DNA of 64,000 nucleotides from Gallionellaceae bacterium (GTDB lineage Bacteria; Pseudomonadota; Gammaproteobacteria; Burkholderiales; Gallionellaceae): NCBI GenBank assembly GCA_041660815.1, contig JBAZVN010000013.1, positions 6,662 to 70,661 of the forward strand, read 5' to 3'. Shown piece by piece: positions 62,936 to 64,000 of this stretch (position 1 is its first letter; each line of letters starts with the position of its first letter). The notes under the pieces were generated by a model. It saw only the letters and a program-made list of their open reading frames with translations, ran no database searches and was not told where the DNA came from. The position numbers and the translations under genes were made by a program.

Positions 62936-63253
62936 ATGCAAAAAATGGCAATGCTAGTGTCGGTGATTACGCTGTGCTTTATGGTTAATTTAAATCAGGC
63001 GGTTGCCAAGACCAACAAGGCCGAGGAACCCGATTTATCCCCACCACCCATGCCGGATTTTATGTTGCGTAAGCCGGGACAGCCGCTGACGATGCAACAA
63101 ATGCAGCAACAAGCAGATGCGGCAGCCGAGAAAGCCCGGGCAAAAAAATCTTCCAAGCATGCCGGGAAGAATGCCAAACCGGCCAAGCAGAAAAAATCGC
63201 ACAAAAAAATAAAAAAATCAGCTGCATCTTCAGGTAATTCTGCAGCGCATTAA
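62936..63253 (+). CDS. Small secreted Lys-rich protein
   Basis: The signal peptide is MQKMAMLVSVITLCFMVNLNQAVA. The C-terminal half is rich in K/A/S (KKSSKHAGKNAKPAKQKKSHKKIKK). Confidence 0.5.
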   Translation: MQKMAMLVSVITLCFMVNLNQAVAKTNKAEEPDLSPPPMPDFMLRKPGQPLTMQQMQQQADAAAEKARAKKSSKHAGKNAKPAKQKKSHKKIKKSAASSGNSAAH

Positions 63254-63255
63254 TT

Positions 63256-63636
63256 ATGCTTGCTCTGGCGCGGCAATTTACAAAATATGCCGGTGTCGGC
63301 GTGGTTTCAGCTATCGGGCATTATGGTTTATTAATCGGTTTGGTTCAGGGGCTGGCGGTTGATGCGGTACTAGCTTCCACGGCGGGCGCTTTTCTCGGGG
63401 CGTGGATTAATTATTCGTTAAATTACCGCTATACTTTCCGTAGTAACAAACGTCATTCAAGTACCGTTGCCAAGTTCGCCTTGATCGCAGTGGTTGGGTT
63501 GGTGTTTAATGCGGCTTTGATGTGGCTGGGTACGCGAGAGCTACAGTTGCATTATTTGTTGAGCCAGATTATTACCACGATATGCGTACTTTTTTGGAAT
63601 TTTGCAGGAAATCGTTATTGGACTTTTCGCCATTGA
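63256..63636 (+). CDS. GtrA-family membrane protein
   Basis: 126 aa with four TM helices, an N-terminal FTKYAGVGVVSAIGHYGLL and the C-terminal family motif FWNFAGNRYWTFRH. Confidence 0.8.
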   Translation: MLALARQFTKYAGVGVVSAIGHYGLLIGLVQGLAVDAVLASTAGAFLGAWINYSLNYRYTFRSNKRHSSTVAKFALIAVVGLVFNAALMWLGTRELQLHYLLSQIITTICVLFWNFAGNRYWTFRH

Positions 63637-63662
63637 TTTTCGCAAGTATTGGAAATATTTAT

Positions 63663-64000
63663 ATGTTAATAAACAAAGAGTTATTTAATTCCATTAAAGG
63701 TTGGCAGAGCGCGCAAAGGGTGGGGAAATCACGCGGATTCACCTTGTTGGAATTATTGGTGGTGATGGTGATTATCGGATTATTGGCGGGGTATGTGGGG
63801 CCAAAATACTTTGCGCAAATCGGTAAGTCGGAAATTAAAACTGCCAAAGCACAAATCGATGCGCTGGAAAAAGCATTGGATCAATACCGTCTGGATGTCG
63901 GGCATTATCCTGCCACCGAGTCCGGCTTAAATGCACTGAATGCCAATCCCGGCGGTGAGGCAAAATGGCAGGGACCGTATCTGAAAAAAGCGGTTCCCCC
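63663..64000 (+). CDS. gspG: Type II secretion major pseudopilin GspG (partial, continues beyond the window end)
   Basis: My translation is MLINKELFNSIKGWQSAQRVGKSRG/FTLLELLVVMVIIGLLAGYVGPKYFAQIGKSEIKTAKAQIDALEKALDQYRLDVGHYPATESGLNALN...WQGPYLKKAVP, the canonical GspG sequence pattern. It is absent from the ORF track because there is no stop in the window. Confidence 0.85.
   Translation, partial: MLINKELFNSIKGWQSAQRVGKSRGFTLLELLVVMVIIGLLAGYVGPKYFAQIGKSEIKTAKAQIDALEKALDQYRLDVGHYPATESGLNALNANPGGEAKWQGPYLKKAVP

Overview
This 64-kb window comes from a Gram-negative chromosome. The synteny looks beta-proteobacterial (thrS-infC-rpmI-rplT-pheST-ihfA-merR-tRNA-Pro, hda, pcnB-folK, panBCD), but I cannot name the species by eye. 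It falls into three zones. (1) 1-9.0 kb is an accessory, partly decayed region. It holds two paralogous lipoproteins with IPT, Fn3 and a six-bladed NHL propeller, two unrelated toxin-antitoxin operons each preceded by the same ~80-bp repeat, a tRNA-Asn 3' half remnant (att-like scar), G-quadruplex and homopolymer tracts, a gene fragment and small ORFs. (2) 9.0-33.2 kb is ordinary housekeeping: a cNMP-binding protein, a GGDEF cyclase, hslO, nadK, recN, bamE, dapB, thrS-infC-rpmI-rplT-pheST-ihfA, tRNA-Pro(GGG), hda, pcnB, folK and panBCD. (3) 33.2-64 kb is the most interesting part, a ~30-kb cell-envelope locus. It starts with a five-gene operon: an NHL/Fn3 exoprotein, a TPR plus beta-barrel outer-membrane protein with Slam/type XI secretion-like layout, a 1,883-aa FecR-domain protein with three TbpB-like barrel signature modules, a 1,775-aa protein ending in an NHL propeller, and a small lipoprotein. 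Next comes a secretion machine that mixes pilMNOPQ-like gene order with GspG/GspE/GspF-type parts. After that is a GtrA/GtrB/GT-C-like membrane glycosylation trio set among pseudopilin genes, and the window ends inside a canonical gspG. All functional calls rest on motif and architecture recognition by eye; no HMM, BLAST or folding was run. Coordinates of hairpins and repeats were hand-counted and may be off by 1-2 nt.
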